From the NCBI GenBank assembly GCA_017499595.2, contig CM039007.1, positions 2,232,001-2,296,000 on the forward strand: DNA of 64,000 bases. Reading direction: 5' to 3'. Shown piece after piece: positions 37,142 to 49,640 of this stretch. The stretch comes from Psilocybe cubensis. Lineage: Eukaryota. Position numbers and translations under genes: made by a program. How positions within the stretch are numbered: position 1 is the stretch's first letter; the number at the start of each line of letters is the position of its first letter. Under the pieces are notes generated by a model that was not told the DNA's origin, made no database searches, and worked only from the letters and a program-made list of their open reading frames with translations.

Positions 37142-37320
37142 GTTTTTATATTTTAACATGTTTCTACTTTTTTGCTGTCCAACTCTATGCCACTCTTTTA
37201 ACATTCTACTCTTTTTATTTATTGTCCAACTCTGTGTCACTCTTTTTGGATACAAGCATGTTAAGAATTCTATGAAAGCACCTAAGCTAACATTAGATTC
37301 CATGACTTGGGAATAAAATT

Positions 37321-37800
37321 CTATAAATACCTTGAAATTGTATCTCCACTGCGTTGAAAACGTTCCTGCATTTCTGCATTTGAAAGACCTGTTCTGGCAA
37401 TTCGAAGAAATATTGCCAGTTGCTCCTCAGTTGACATATGGTGTGTCGGGCGCAAGCCAGCGTTCTCTTCAAGCTCTTTAAGAAGCTTGCGGAAAACAAA
37501 CCGGCTCATGCCCATTTGACGACGAAAGCGCAAAGGATGTCCTTTTGTTAATTAGCAATTAAACACAATTGTAGATGCTTATGACACACCTATTAATAGC
37601 TCCTGAATCCACATTTGACCAGTATGTGCAGAGTTGTGCATTGCTTTTTTCTTGAGATGAGTGCCTGCATGGCTGAGCACGGACATAACTCCAGAAGCTA
37701 CACCAAGCAGGCACAAAGCAGCTTTTTTATGCTTTTCTGCACGAATTTGACGTGATGTCGCATGTTTTTTGGATGGACTTTGGGGATTTATGTTAACCAT
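37321..37800 (-). pseudogene. N-terminal part of a Harbinger transposase; DDE domain absent
   Basis: TGQMWIQELLIG | HPLRFRRQMGMSRFVFRKLL..STEEQLAIFL..ERFQRSGDTISRY, then ends. Confidence 0.85.
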
Positions 37801-38021
37801 AGCTCTGTAGAGGATAATGTAGTGTAGAAATGATGGTCAAGCAAGAAAATCGATGAGAAGTGGCTCGAAATCAAGGTATGTTTACTATCTGATTTGATTT
37901 CGCCGAGTTCAGGCCGAGTGTGACCTAACCGATCAAAACCGGTCACTTGGTTAGTGACATATTTGTAACCTAACCTAACCTAACCGAACCAACTGTAACA
38001 GGGTTACCGAATGGGGCCTTA

Positions 38022-38308
38022 TTTATAATGTACATTACCTAAGATTTAATAATAAGGATATTATGTGAGACATGGTGGATTTACTTCCGCTACCTAATTA
38101 GGAGATTAGCGTGCTACACGTGTGATTTAGCCTGGCAAATCATAGCGTACATAACGTGCCATTTAGCGCTAAATGGAGCTGCCGAGTGGCCTGCGGGATC
38201 CGCGTGTCTACCTACATGGAAGAAACATGGGCCGGAAATGAGCCGGACGGGTCCATTTGCATCCTGTGTATTGCAAGCAGATGGATCCGCTTGACCCGTG
38301 TTGTGCTG
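38022..38308. repeat. Left TIR of the KDZ element (inner part)
   Basis: Reverse complement of 52978-53264 with a few transitions. Confidence 0.93.
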
Positions 38309-38403
38309 TCAGATGGACCCATTTGATCCGTGTCTTCCCAGAGAGGGAGGGTTATTTGAGAGGTATTGCGAATCAATGAGCACAAGGGCTCCAAAAATAA
38401 TTT

Positions 38404-39440
38404 ATTCATCTCTACCGGTATACAAATGCTTTTCCAAACTTGATTCAATCCCTGCCAGCCCAGTGTCAATTTTCTCCAGCGCATTATACATAAGTCAGAA
38501 TCTCTGACTGCAGCTGATGCAGGTGGAGGTTTTTGAACGTTGTGACCTTGCCGTCATAACTATTGTCGCCAACGGAACTGTCGATTATTTGGTCGTATGT
38601 TGCCCGTAGCTGCTGCTCGGTATAATTCTAAAATAGTTGTTAGTATCTAGTGCTTGGTAATATCTGAGTGCATACATATAAAAAAGGAGGGTTAAAATAT
38701 ACTGTCTGATCTGTCACATCCTCAAACTCAATGTTGGACTGGGTAGGAGGCGAACCGGGGTAGCCATCCATTGGATCAAACCTGCTGTAGATTTGATAAT
38801 AAGGGTTTTGAAGGAGCAGGTGGCATGCTTCAGGCGGTGGAGAATAGTGACCTTGCTTCCTCTCAGAGAAAATAGCTGGACGAGAGTCCATAATGATTTT
38901 GTTGACAACAAACATGTATGAAACATGTGCTGCCATAGACGGCGGAGCCACATCATCCCGGATGACAGGCATAGGTGGAGGATCCAGGGTATCTGGAATA
39001 ACAGGCATAGGAGGAGGAGCCAGGGTAGGTGGAATGACAGACATAGGGGGAGGAGCTAGGTTATCTGGAATGATTGGCATTGGCGGCGGAGCCAAGTCGT
39101 TCCAGATGACAGGCATTGGCGGCGGAGCCGTGTCGTTCCAGATGACTGGCATTGGCGGCGGAGCCGTGTCATTCCGGATGACTGGCATTGGTGGCAGAGC
39201 CAGGTTAGCTGGAATTACTGGCATTGGCGGCAGAGCCAGGTCTTTCCAGATGACTGGCATAGGGGGCGGAGCCAGGTTAGATGGAATGACTGGCATAGGA
39301 GGTGGAGCCAGGTTAGCTGTAATAACAGGCATAGGGGGTGGAGCCAGGTTATCTGGAATGACTGGCATTGGCGGCGGAGCCAGGTTATCCGGCTTTGCTG
39401 TGCATTTGCTTTCCTTAGAGTTGCTAATATTTGAAGACAT
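38404..39440 (-). CDS. KDZ cargo gene: Pro-rich protein with ~13 x 12-aa repeats; spliced, probably frameshifted at the 3' end
   Basis: ORF 38640-39440; likely intron gtatgc...ctaac...ttttag, then NYTEQQLRATYDQII. Confidence 0.6.
38934..39392. repeat. 36-bp coding minisatellite encoding (PDN)LAPPPMPVI
   Basis: About 13 units of atctggaatgactggcattggcggcggagccaggtt. Confidence 0.9.
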
Positions 39441-39922
39441 TGCTGATGCTCAGAAATCAATTAAAATTTACTTGAATTAATGCAATTAGTCTTACATTTT
39501 ATAGGTTTTACGGAAGGAGGTTCCTTCAGTTTTTTGAGAAGCCTGGTAAGATTATTGAGACTGGTGTAGTCAATGGGGGAATTTTTACTAGAGGTGGGAA
39601 TAAAGTTGTAGGAGGACATACAGTCCAGAAAGTGCAACTGGGTGGACTTGTTTATATATCTCACGGAATACAATACTATCCGAGGATTCTCCATGACACG
39701 GAAATAGATTCACTCATATATCAAACTTAGCAACTTTTGCACAAACTGGATCTGGTGAAGAAATCACATGACTCAGATTGTACATGTTTGTGTATGGTTT
39801 TGTTTTGCAGGACTGCTTTTTTTAGACTTTTTTTAGACTAACTCCAACCACGATCACTATCCCCACGTTCTACCGTGCCTCACCCATTAACACGTCTTCC
39901 CCCAAAAAAAAATACTTTCCCA

Positions 39923-42411
39923 ATGGCCGCTTCATCTTCCACCACCGCCACCTTTGCCCAACGCCTCGCTGACTGGGAAAAAAAGTTTACTGAGTGCTAC
40001 TGCAACGGTGAAAGCACATTCAATGCTGAGTTGGAGCAGCTGTACAAGGACTTGGTGAGTAAACAATATCCTTTGATCATGACTTGCTCAACAAAAAAAA
40101 AATTCCAATAGGTTCCATTGTGTCAGGAGCATGTCAGGGACGCCGCCTGCTTCCGGCTCATCAACTATGTTGCGAGCCCTGTCGTGTATTTATACAAGAC
40201 CAGCCAGGACAAGGACGGCAAGCAGGTAGCAAGGTTTGAGGTTGACTGGGCGACTTTGCATCATCAAGTCGCAAATTTCAAGGCATACCAGGAAGGCCAG
40301 GAGGCACAGAGGAAGAGAAGGGAGGAGGAGGAGCAAGAGAAGAGGAGGGAAAAGAAGGAGCAAGAGGAGGAGGAGAGGCAGAGGGTGGAGGTGAGGAGGA
40401 AGAGGGAGGTGAGGAGGAAGAGGGAGGAGAAAAAGAAGAGGGAGAAGGAAGAGGAGAGGCAGAGGGAGGAGGAGGAGGAAGGAGGAGAGGAGGAAGAGGG
40501 AGGAAGAGAAGCAGAAGATGGAGGAGAAGAACAAGGATGAGAGGAGGAAGAGGGAGCAGGAGAGGAGGACCAGGGAGCAGGAAAGGCAGAAGGTGGAGGA
40601 GAGGAGGAAGAGGAAGCAGGAGCAGGAGCAGGAGTAGGAGCAGGAGACAAACAAGAAGAGGAACAAGGAGGAGACGGAGAAGAGACGGGCCAAGAAAAGC
40701 AAGGGCAAGGCAGTCGAACCCCCGGTGGAAGACGGACCCGTGACAGACGCCCACAAAGACAAGGGCAAACGGAAAGCGGCGGATCCTATAGAGTCCATTC
40801 AGTTAGCTCCAGCGGATTACAGGGGCCCATGGACAAAGAAGGGGGAAATCATTCCCCACATCACCGCCTCCAACATGCCTGGTCACCCAGCGTACAGGGA
40901 GAAGCTGGAAAGATTGGCGAAGTCCAAGCAGGGGAAATTCAGGAGCAAGGCAATCATAGGAAGCCACACGGACAAAGACGCGGACGCGGACGTCGACAAG
41001 GACAACAAAGGCGATAACAAAGGGGCACCGTCTACCACCCCCACTGTCACCCCCCACCCGGAAGATGCGCACGCGTTTCGTAAAGAAGGACACCAAAGAC
41101 GATGTCCCCCCCATTCAGGAAGGCGCGGTCAAGATCCCAGAAAGTGCGCCAGGTGCCGGAGAGGATGGTAGACATGGTAGAAAGGTGCACGGCATGCATC
41201 AAATTCAAGGTGCCATGCTATGTCAAGGGGAAGACAGGCACTGAGCCTCTTGTCCCCGTGAAGCACCAATCTTGCGAGTCTTGCAAGTCTCGCAAGATCC
41301 ACTGCAGCTTCTACCCGGGGCACAACACCTTTGTGGGTCAATTTTTGACGACGCCACTGGGAAGCTATGGGGAGGCGTTGAAGTTGGAGGAGGGAGAAGA
41401 TGTTCCGGCGAAGGGGAAGGCCGGGGAAGGGTTGTTCCCTGAGGATGTGGAAGAACTGCTTGTGCAGCTCTTTGAGCGCCAAGGCAGAATCATGAAACGG
41501 CTGGACGGGTTATCCGCGTCCATGACGGTGATTAATGCATGGATTGCAACGTTTGCCGAGACAAACTTGGCGGTGGAGAATAGGATGAAGAGCATTGAGG
41601 ACGGCATCCAAGAGGTGAAGGCCAAATGGACCATGGCCAAAGAATAAGTGGCAGGAAGCACCTCGCTTTCCGTCACAATGTTCAACAACATCACCAAGAG
41701 GATCAACCACGTCCGAGATATGGTCGACAATTTGCTGGAGCAGGATAAACAAAGGAATCCCGCCCCCAAACAGGCAGCAGGACCCTCCAAGACGGAGGTT
41801 GAACAAGAATTGGGTCCGTCGTAGACCCGTGAACCCACCTCTGCACCACAATCCCCAAGCCCACCACCACCGCCAGCACCCCTCCCTTCCTCACCTCTAC
41901 CTCCAGCAGCACCCATTCTCTCTGCCATGTCTGTGCCACCAACAGTGCTATTCTTGCCCGGTTCAACTCCGGAAGCGCCTTCGCCCCCCTAGCTGGCCGA
42001 CCCTTGCTCCTCCTGGTACCGCCCATCTTTTCCCTGTTTCCACCACCCCCTCTGCCAGCTCCACGTCCTCAAAGTTTGACGTCAAAGGCCGCACCATTGT
42101 CAAAGGGTGCACCATTGTCAAAGGCCGCGCCATTGTCAAAGGCTGGCCCATCCTCAAAGGCTAAGCCATTGTCAAAGGCTAAGCTATCCTCCAAGGCCGG
42201 GCCATCTGGAAATAGATACTCATCGGAGTTGTCTGATCCCTCAGACAGCAACGAGGTTGAAATTGTGGAGGAGAATGTTGAGATCGTGGCGTCCATGCTG
42301 CCCGCGTCGAACATAGCCACAAAGACAAGGGCTAGACAAAAGCAAAAGGCAGAAACGACTCTGGCTGAAGCATCACGCTTGCCCAAAAAATCCAAGGCCC
42401 AAAAAAAGTAG
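39923..42411 (+). pseudogene. KDZ cargo gene: Glu/Arg/Lys coiled coil, Zn2Cys6-like cluster, second coiled coil, low-complexity tail; disrupted
   Basis: CTACIKFKVPC-x18-CESCKSRKIHC at ~41186-41305; frameshifts and stops split it into several ORFs. Confidence 0.65.
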
Positions 42412-42689
42412 TGTATTTCAATTCTTTGTAACTTTTTTTTGGTCTCCTTTTTTGCCTGTCATATATTACATTGCTCACATCCCTATACAGTTTTTTCATC
42501 ATTTGGACTGTATCTAGTTTTTACTCTCATGTGCTCATCTGTTTTATACCTCTCCTAAAAAGTAGCACTTGATGATTTTTAATGAATCCCACTTTTTGTT
42601 TTGATTTTGTGTGAAAACATGTTTGAGAAACATCAAGATAAGAATGAAAAGAATTACATTCAATAGGTATCATGAATCTACTTCAACAG

Positions 42690-44936
42690 CTAGGCTTTCA
42701 AAGTTTTTTTTCTTTGTCTTTTACCTGCTACAACAAGCAGACTTGCTTCCTGAAGTGCTAAGGCATCCGAAGTCACATTCCTGCGGGCCCGTGTTTCATC
42801 CGTTTCTGGACTTATTACTGTCTCCACGAAGGCATCACAAGTCACGTCCCTGCTGGCCCGTGTATTATCCGTGTCTTGGGTTGTTCTTATTTGGACTCCA
42901 TCTTCTTCCACTGTGTCAAGTGGATCTGAGTAGGGCTTTGTTTTTTTCCTAGGTTGAATCCTTCTAGTTGGTTTTGGCTTAACTGGGGGGGTACAGAACT
43001 CTCTTCATCGGGTCTGTCCATTTCCGCCGTTCCAACATATGGCACTGTTCTTTTTCTTGGCATAATCTTTCTAGCTGGCTTGGGAGGCGCCTCCTCAACC
43101 TCTGGAGTTGGGCTGGATGATGGATTGACAATTGTTGGGCTGGATCTACTTGGTAGAGAGGGCGGCTTGCTAGATCTTGAAGTTGCGTCGGTAGGAGTCT
43201 CATCCGTCTCTGGTGTGACTTCAAATCTGGCAGTAGTGCATGGCATCGCGGATGCCGGACTGCCCTGTCCATTATCAAACTCTGACAAATTGGATGATTC
43301 AGAGTCGCTTGAAGATTGGGTTTGAAGTTGTATAGCTTTTTGCCTCAGACGACGTTTGGTTATGGCTGCAGGAGGTGGAAGTATTGGGTGGGCTTCTAAG
43401 CCGTCAAACAAGTTGAACGGATAGAGAGGTTCCATAATGTCATAGCCATTTCCAAAAATCTTTGAGAATTTAAAGGGGATGTCTCCTTGGGCTTGACAGT
43501 CCCTCCATAGCTTGAGAATTGCAGAAGTTGACTCCAGGCGGAGCCGGCTGGGATCCGTCACAGGGATTGAACTTGGCTAATACTCTAGATCAATCATTTC
43601 TGCAGAACGCCTTTCAAGAGCATCCCAAGGAACACTTGAACCAGGCCTGTCCTTGGCTAAAGCTGTATACATAGTTAGCAAGTTTGTTGAGGACATAGAC
43701 AAATTACACACCATAAACCTTGTTCATGTAAATTCTAATAATTGACTTTTGTGCATAAGCGACTTCTCTCCCAGTTGAGCCATAGATAGGACTAGGTATT
43801 ATTGGAAATCCATTGCTGCTAAACTTGAGGGATTTTTCATGAAACGATGCTTCTGGCAGTGCTGGATTGGCCACACCCTTCTCTATTTCTAAAATGTGGA
43901 CAAAGTATTGAACAAACGCTTTGCGGAAAGCAGCCAACTCGGATGGAAAGAGTTGCCCAAAGGAAGGAATTCTGACATCGTCGAGTACTAGATTGCTTGT
44001 CTGGGTCCTTCAATGCCCACCAGTCAACATTAATACGGGCCAAATTATTTCGCCGTGAATGCTTACGGCGGAACTTGTTCATGCCGTGTTTAACACTTAC
44101 ATTGAGTATTCAATTTTACCCTCAATATCATAATGCTCCTCAAAGGTAATGGACCTCATACCCATTCTCTGCCACTTAAGTTTCTCCATTTGTCGAAGTA
44201 TTTTTCTGCCTTGCCTGGCAGCAGTCCTGCAGATGTCAGATTGACGGCGGAAACAAGTTCCACCAACTCACTTTGCCTTCGTTGATTTTGAAACACCTTT
44301 CTTATTCCATTCCTCAAGGATCTCCATGAACCTGTTCTGCTCCTCCTGAATCAATCTGGCCTCAACCTGCTTACGTCCTTGTTAATAAAACTTCATCCAA
44401 TCTTTACTTCCTTGAGCAGCATTCCCTGATAGAAGCGCAACCTCGGAGTCAATCTCTGCCGACTTCTCCTCACAAAATACCGTCTGAAAGGTTATATGGG
44501 AGTTCAATCCTTCCAATTTTACACTAATTTGATTTGACGCATGGTTTCTAAACCAATTTAATATTCGCTATTGTGATGGTTTATGTGTGTAACAAAATTT
44601 TCAAAGAAACAACAAGCTCACATGCTTCTTCACCTTCCATTCTTTGTGTAGTTGCTTATCTTCCTTCCTAGCACGTCTAGAGTATCTGTGATCCCATGTA
44701 GCTTGCAGCTCAGGTATGACAGTGTTTTGTATGTAGTCTGCTTTGGATGACTTTGATGTATTTTTGTAGGACTATACATGCTTTTTCAACACGCGCATTT
44801 CCTTTGTGGTCCATATATTTGATTCTTCCGGCGGAAAGTCACCCTCCGCTGTCTGTCCGCTTCTGGGTCCGTTGTGGGTTGTGGCATTTGCGGTGGAAGG
44901 AAGCGGATCTGCGTCGGGGGATGCATTGGTAGGCAT
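42690..44936 (-). pseudogene. KDZ cargo gene of unknown function (multi-exon, disrupted)
   Basis: Successive coding-like segments (RILNWFRNH; FRKAFVQYF; DPSRLRLE..LKLWRD.Q..FKF) separated by GT-AG introns, with stops. Confidence 0.55.
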
Positions 44937-45815
44937 AATTGCAGTGATGTAACAAGTAGCTTATTGATGAGTATCTGTGTGATCTAGTCAAATCTCACAT
45001 CATACGGAGATAAAATAAGCTTCCGATCATACTAAATAAATGATGTGATGTCATATTTTTCCCAATCAGGTAATCCCACTTCATCGTTGGCCACGATGAT
45101 CAAAGCATGCTGGTCACTGTCACATACATTGAACTCATGATTTTGCAATAGTTCCCTCTGCACTCAATTAATAAACACCAAATTTTGTAAACATTTAGCG
45201 CTTTATATAAAGATAATTTTACAAGATTTCAAATTCTTGTTGGATGGTTGTAAAGATACAGAAACACAAAATACAAATTCACGTCTTCTCACCCAAAACT
45301 TGTGAAACCCAAAACAGCAGTCATCTCAGAGACCATGAGAGGTATTCAAATGCATAATTTTTTTCAAAAAATATAATGATCTCAGTGAGCTCATTTTGAC
45401 ACATTTTCTAGTATATTGAGAATATCTCCATAAATATAAGGACTCACCTTCTACAAAAAATGTCATTCTGTAGCTGTTAAGATTATCTTTAATATGATAT
45501 ATGCCAGAGGAATAAGGGGCCAGCCAGTGAAAAGATATTTCAAAAACACTCCAAAGTGTGGTTCTGAAAGGCTCATTCTGCATCATATTGTACATTTATG
45601 ATGGGATCACGTCCATTTTGTGCATCTCTGAATCAAGTTTTGTTCATAGCATTTCACTCACTCATTCAAATATGCTGCAAGATAGGTCATATGAAAGCTA
45701 TTTTTCCCCTCTTTACAATGGCATAATTGAAGGAAATTTATCTACAGAAATAAACATGTTATACTACATTTAGATCTGCGCTCACAGGCTGTCAGACTTT
45801 TTGTTTCTAACATCC

Positions 45816-48800
45816 ATGGGCTTCAAGAAAATACCTGATAGGGGATTAGATGAGGAGTTTTCCAATGTTTGGGAGGCCTCCTGGTCTAGTGGGGCCAAGA
45901 AACAAAAGAGAGGGCGGCCAAGGATCCACAAACTTCCTGCAGAATCATCATCAACAAACCTCCCTCAAACACCGACTTACTCTTTCCAAAACCATGAACA
46001 CAACATTCTGGAAGAAGAAATACCTCATTATCCAAGAGATCTAACTGATCAGCAGGTACTTGATAACCTGAGACAGCTAGATGACAACAGAACGGGAGAA
46101 AAGGTATGTTTAACATGTTTTCAGTAGAATGATCAGGATGACTTTACCTATCCAGTCTCAAAATGATTACCTGAGGGAATGGCTCCCAAAACGAGAAGTG
46201 TATCTTGGAACAATGATTGGAGGAGAAGCCCCGGATCCGGATCTGAATGGACGGTGTCAGCAATGTCAAGGAATGTCTGGAGTGTGGAGATGTTGCCAAT
46301 GCTTTGGCTCTAGAATTTTGTGTTCTGAATGCCTGCAAAGAAACCATCAATTTACACCTTTCCACCGCATTGAGAAGTGGACGGGTCTATATTTCTGTCC
46401 GGGAGCTCTGTGGGAAGTGGGTGTCAAGTTGTATTTGGGTCATAATGGGAAGCGGTGTCCTTATCCCATGGATCCGAGCCATCTAGGATGTGACGGCAGA
46501 AACAATTCATCCGGGAGTCATGGGCACGGCGGAAACAATTTGCCCATCTTTGAAGATGAACACAGATTGGACCTGGATCTGCTTCCTGCGAGCAATGACC
46601 AAGAATCCTTTACGGCTTAGCTTCTGGTGGACCCGGAGGTACCCCATTTGGTTGAGCTGGACGATGGAAACGATGAAGACGATGATCTATTTGAGGAAGT
46701 CGATACAACCTATCTGGACCAACCTCGTCCAAAGGCAGCAGACAACAATGGAATTCCTTTCAAGGCAATTGTGCACACCTCCGGAGTCCATTATCTGCCC
46801 GTGCGAACATGCACATGCCGGTCCGTCTGCCTTCCGTCTATCGATTTACAGTATCTGGAGATGGGATTATTTGCAGCCAGCTTTGAAAACATTCAAACTG
46901 TGTTTACAGTTGAGGTCCTTGAGGACTTTTGGATAGACAACCTTGAGTGCAAAACGTCGGCTTATCAGTATTACCAAAAGTTGCGAAGACTGACTTTGCC
47001 AGCATTTCCAAAAAAGGTGCTGAACCGTTATCGTGAATTGAGAAGGCTTAGTAGAGAATACAGGGACCTTGTCCTGAGACAACATTATGGAGAAGGGCAT
47101 ATAAGAGAAGCGGTGGTTTCTTACTATTGTCATTGCCATGATTCATCACCAGCGAGGATGGGTATTAATGTATCTGATCCGATTGACAGCAGATCTGATA
47201 GTCCGTCTTAGGAACTCGGTATGTCAATGGACCCGTCACCGGGACACAGCAGATTAGATGGTCCGCCTGCACCACAAATGACGCGGACCAAGGATCATCC
47301 CAAAGTTGAAGATAGGAGAGGAAAGTTGGCCTTATTCTGCCCCGCCTGTCCACAGCCTGGAATAAACCTACCTGATACCTGGATTGATGATGCTGACAGA
47401 TGAGTTTTGGTTACTCATTAAGGCTCACTGCAATTGAGAGCAAATAGCAATCTGTACATATGTAGTTATGTTGCAGATGGTAATTTCAAAGCAGATCACC
47501 TCAATCAGAAAAACGAGGGAGACGATGTTTGGTTGAGCGTTGGAGAAGGATACATGACTGCTCCGGGCCCATACAAGGAGCACATCAAGAAAGCAATTTC
47601 TCTTGCTCCATGTTATAAACGGATGCGTTATCTACCATGATTTATCTTTCACGGCGGATGCTTCCCTTCCATGTCAAAAAAATCTTCCACGGCGGATGGC
47701 TTATCCTTCGTGTAAAAAAATATCAGGAACAAACATGTCATAACTACCACGCCCAGAAAGCTGAAAACAGAGTCAGCCCGGGTAAGAGAGTACATGGAAT
47801 TGGGGCACACGCTTGCGCTAGGCATGGATGCTTCTGTCCATCCAGCGTTGTCGATTTTGACAAAGGCAAAAAGCAGATGCACATGGATTGGTCTTTGACT
47901 CAGGCCAGGGAAACTACCAACACACAGGGAATCACAAAACATTTGGAAATCTACAATATAAACTGTCAATATTGCGTTAATTTGGCAAGGCGTCTCTCTA
48001 AGTCCACAAAAATGCATTGGCCACCTTCTGTTAAAATGATTTTTGCAATTGGTTTATTTCACATCCACGGGCACAAGATGGAATGTCTTTACAACTATGC
48101 ATCCACCTATATCCTGGGTGTGGGAATCATTGACGGAGAAATCCTGGAGCTGTTGTGGTCCGTGTTAAATGACACATTCCGGAGTACATGTTCCGCTACC
48201 ACTGCCCATCAAGCAGAGGTTTTGGACGACCACATGGGGGATTCCAACTGGAAGAAGACCATTAATATGGCTGCAACAATTGCTGCAAAGTTCAAACGGG
48301 CACGGGAACAGTCCAGAATCACAGACCAATTTTATAGGGGTATCACGGATCAACAAGATTCCGGGCTCATTAACACTTGGGAAGATGAAATTTCAAAAGC
48401 AGAAGCGGACCAAGAACAAGGTGTGGCCAACGCTGTTGGCAAGGTAATGGCAAGAAAAGTGAAAACGGCTGCTGGACGCCAAGAAATTGAATTGCATCTT
48501 TCAAATATGGAACTTACATCTAATGGTGCTACTGGAAAGGCAGCATGGATATCATCCGGCTTAAAACTGGAGCAAGCGCAGTACAATTATTTCAATTGCA
48601 TCCTACAAAATTTAACATGTTTTTAGATTAGAGCTCAGGGAAACTTGACTTGGTCAATAAACGTCACTCCATGCGGACCCGCATTGAAGCCTTCTGTCGA
48701 TCCGCTATGACCTTCATGGGCAAAGATGTCTTGGAGGATATTCAAGGGGACATCGCTCCCATACTTGACTATGAAGTCAGTGACAACGACAATCCTGATC

Positions 48801-49640
48801 TTGGAAATGTCAACATTACCCGCGCGGATCCGGAACAACAGCCGCTTCCATTTCCCTCCGCCGTCAAACCAGATTTCTTTGACAGCCTTGACGCGGGAAC
48901 AAACCTCATTTTAAAGGGGCTTCGCAAACTTGAACTTCAAATAAGACATGGCCACGCAGATGACTGTCTGGAAGCTGTCCGGTCAGCCTTGATCCAGCTG
49001 TCTTGGCAGTATAAATATCAGGTTCAGACCGCCGACTCCGTCTATATGGGGACTTGTGCTTGGGATGGCGTCAAGCTTTTGAATGCTTCCTGGAAATTGC
49101 ACCGGCGACTCTACAACACAAACCGTCAGAAGATGATCTATTTATCTACTGGCGTGCAAGACAAGGATAATATTCGGAAACAATATCCCATTCTGCAAGT
49201 CCATGATTGCAAGCATAGTAATGCCGTGTCGGATCCAAACATTTGCAGAGGAAGCTCGGACCGTCTAAGTTGGATTTAGAGATCCCGTCAGGGCCTGGAC
49301 AATGATAATCAATTATACGTTAATGAGTGTGAGTACTGCCATTTGTATTTCTAATTTTTTTCTCAAGGGTTTTTTAGTCTTCAGGCTAAACTGGCTCCGC
49401 GCGCGAGCTCAGAGGAATAGATGGCAAGAGGAGCTGGCCTTGACAAAAAAGGAAATGGAATGGACTGTCAGATTTTATGTGTATATGGCAAAGACATGGT
49501 GTGCACGGCATGATTTTATTCCTGACAGGTTAGTTGGTTACAGGGCAAATGCTCAAAAGCAGATTGCCATGTGAAATGATCTGGGGCAGGCCGCGGATAA
49601 GGTTTTCCGTCAAATTAATCCGGAGTATCCGTCCGTGTGG
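45816..49640 (+). pseudogene. CxC2-KDZ transposase, inactivated by in-frame stops
   Basis: CQQC..CCQC..CSEC..H..PFHRIEKWTG; VHTSGVH..CTC; LFCPACPQPGINLP; DGNFKA; CARHG; YNINCQY; FHIHGH; DGEILE..WS; LDDHMGDSNWKK. Stops at ~46618, 47209, 49277, 49572. Confidence 0.9.

Larger units (their letters stand above)
36034..38018. mobile_element. Non-autonomous PIF/Harbinger element with TTA TSD
   Basis: TIR ggccccgttcggtaaccc / gggttaccgaatggggcc, tta on both sides, two convergent genes. Confidence 0.92.

Noticed and set aside
38893..39480. Gly-rich + strand ORF (MTGIGGGA repeats), and the repeat as a possible CRISPR array
   Set aside because: Antisense of the Pro-repeat gene; contiguous 36-bp units with no unique spacers, in a eukaryotic context.
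40190..40798. Leu/Ser/Pro-rich minus-strand ORFs resembling membrane proteins
   Set aside because: Antisense of the GAG/AGG-rich coiled-coil coding tract.
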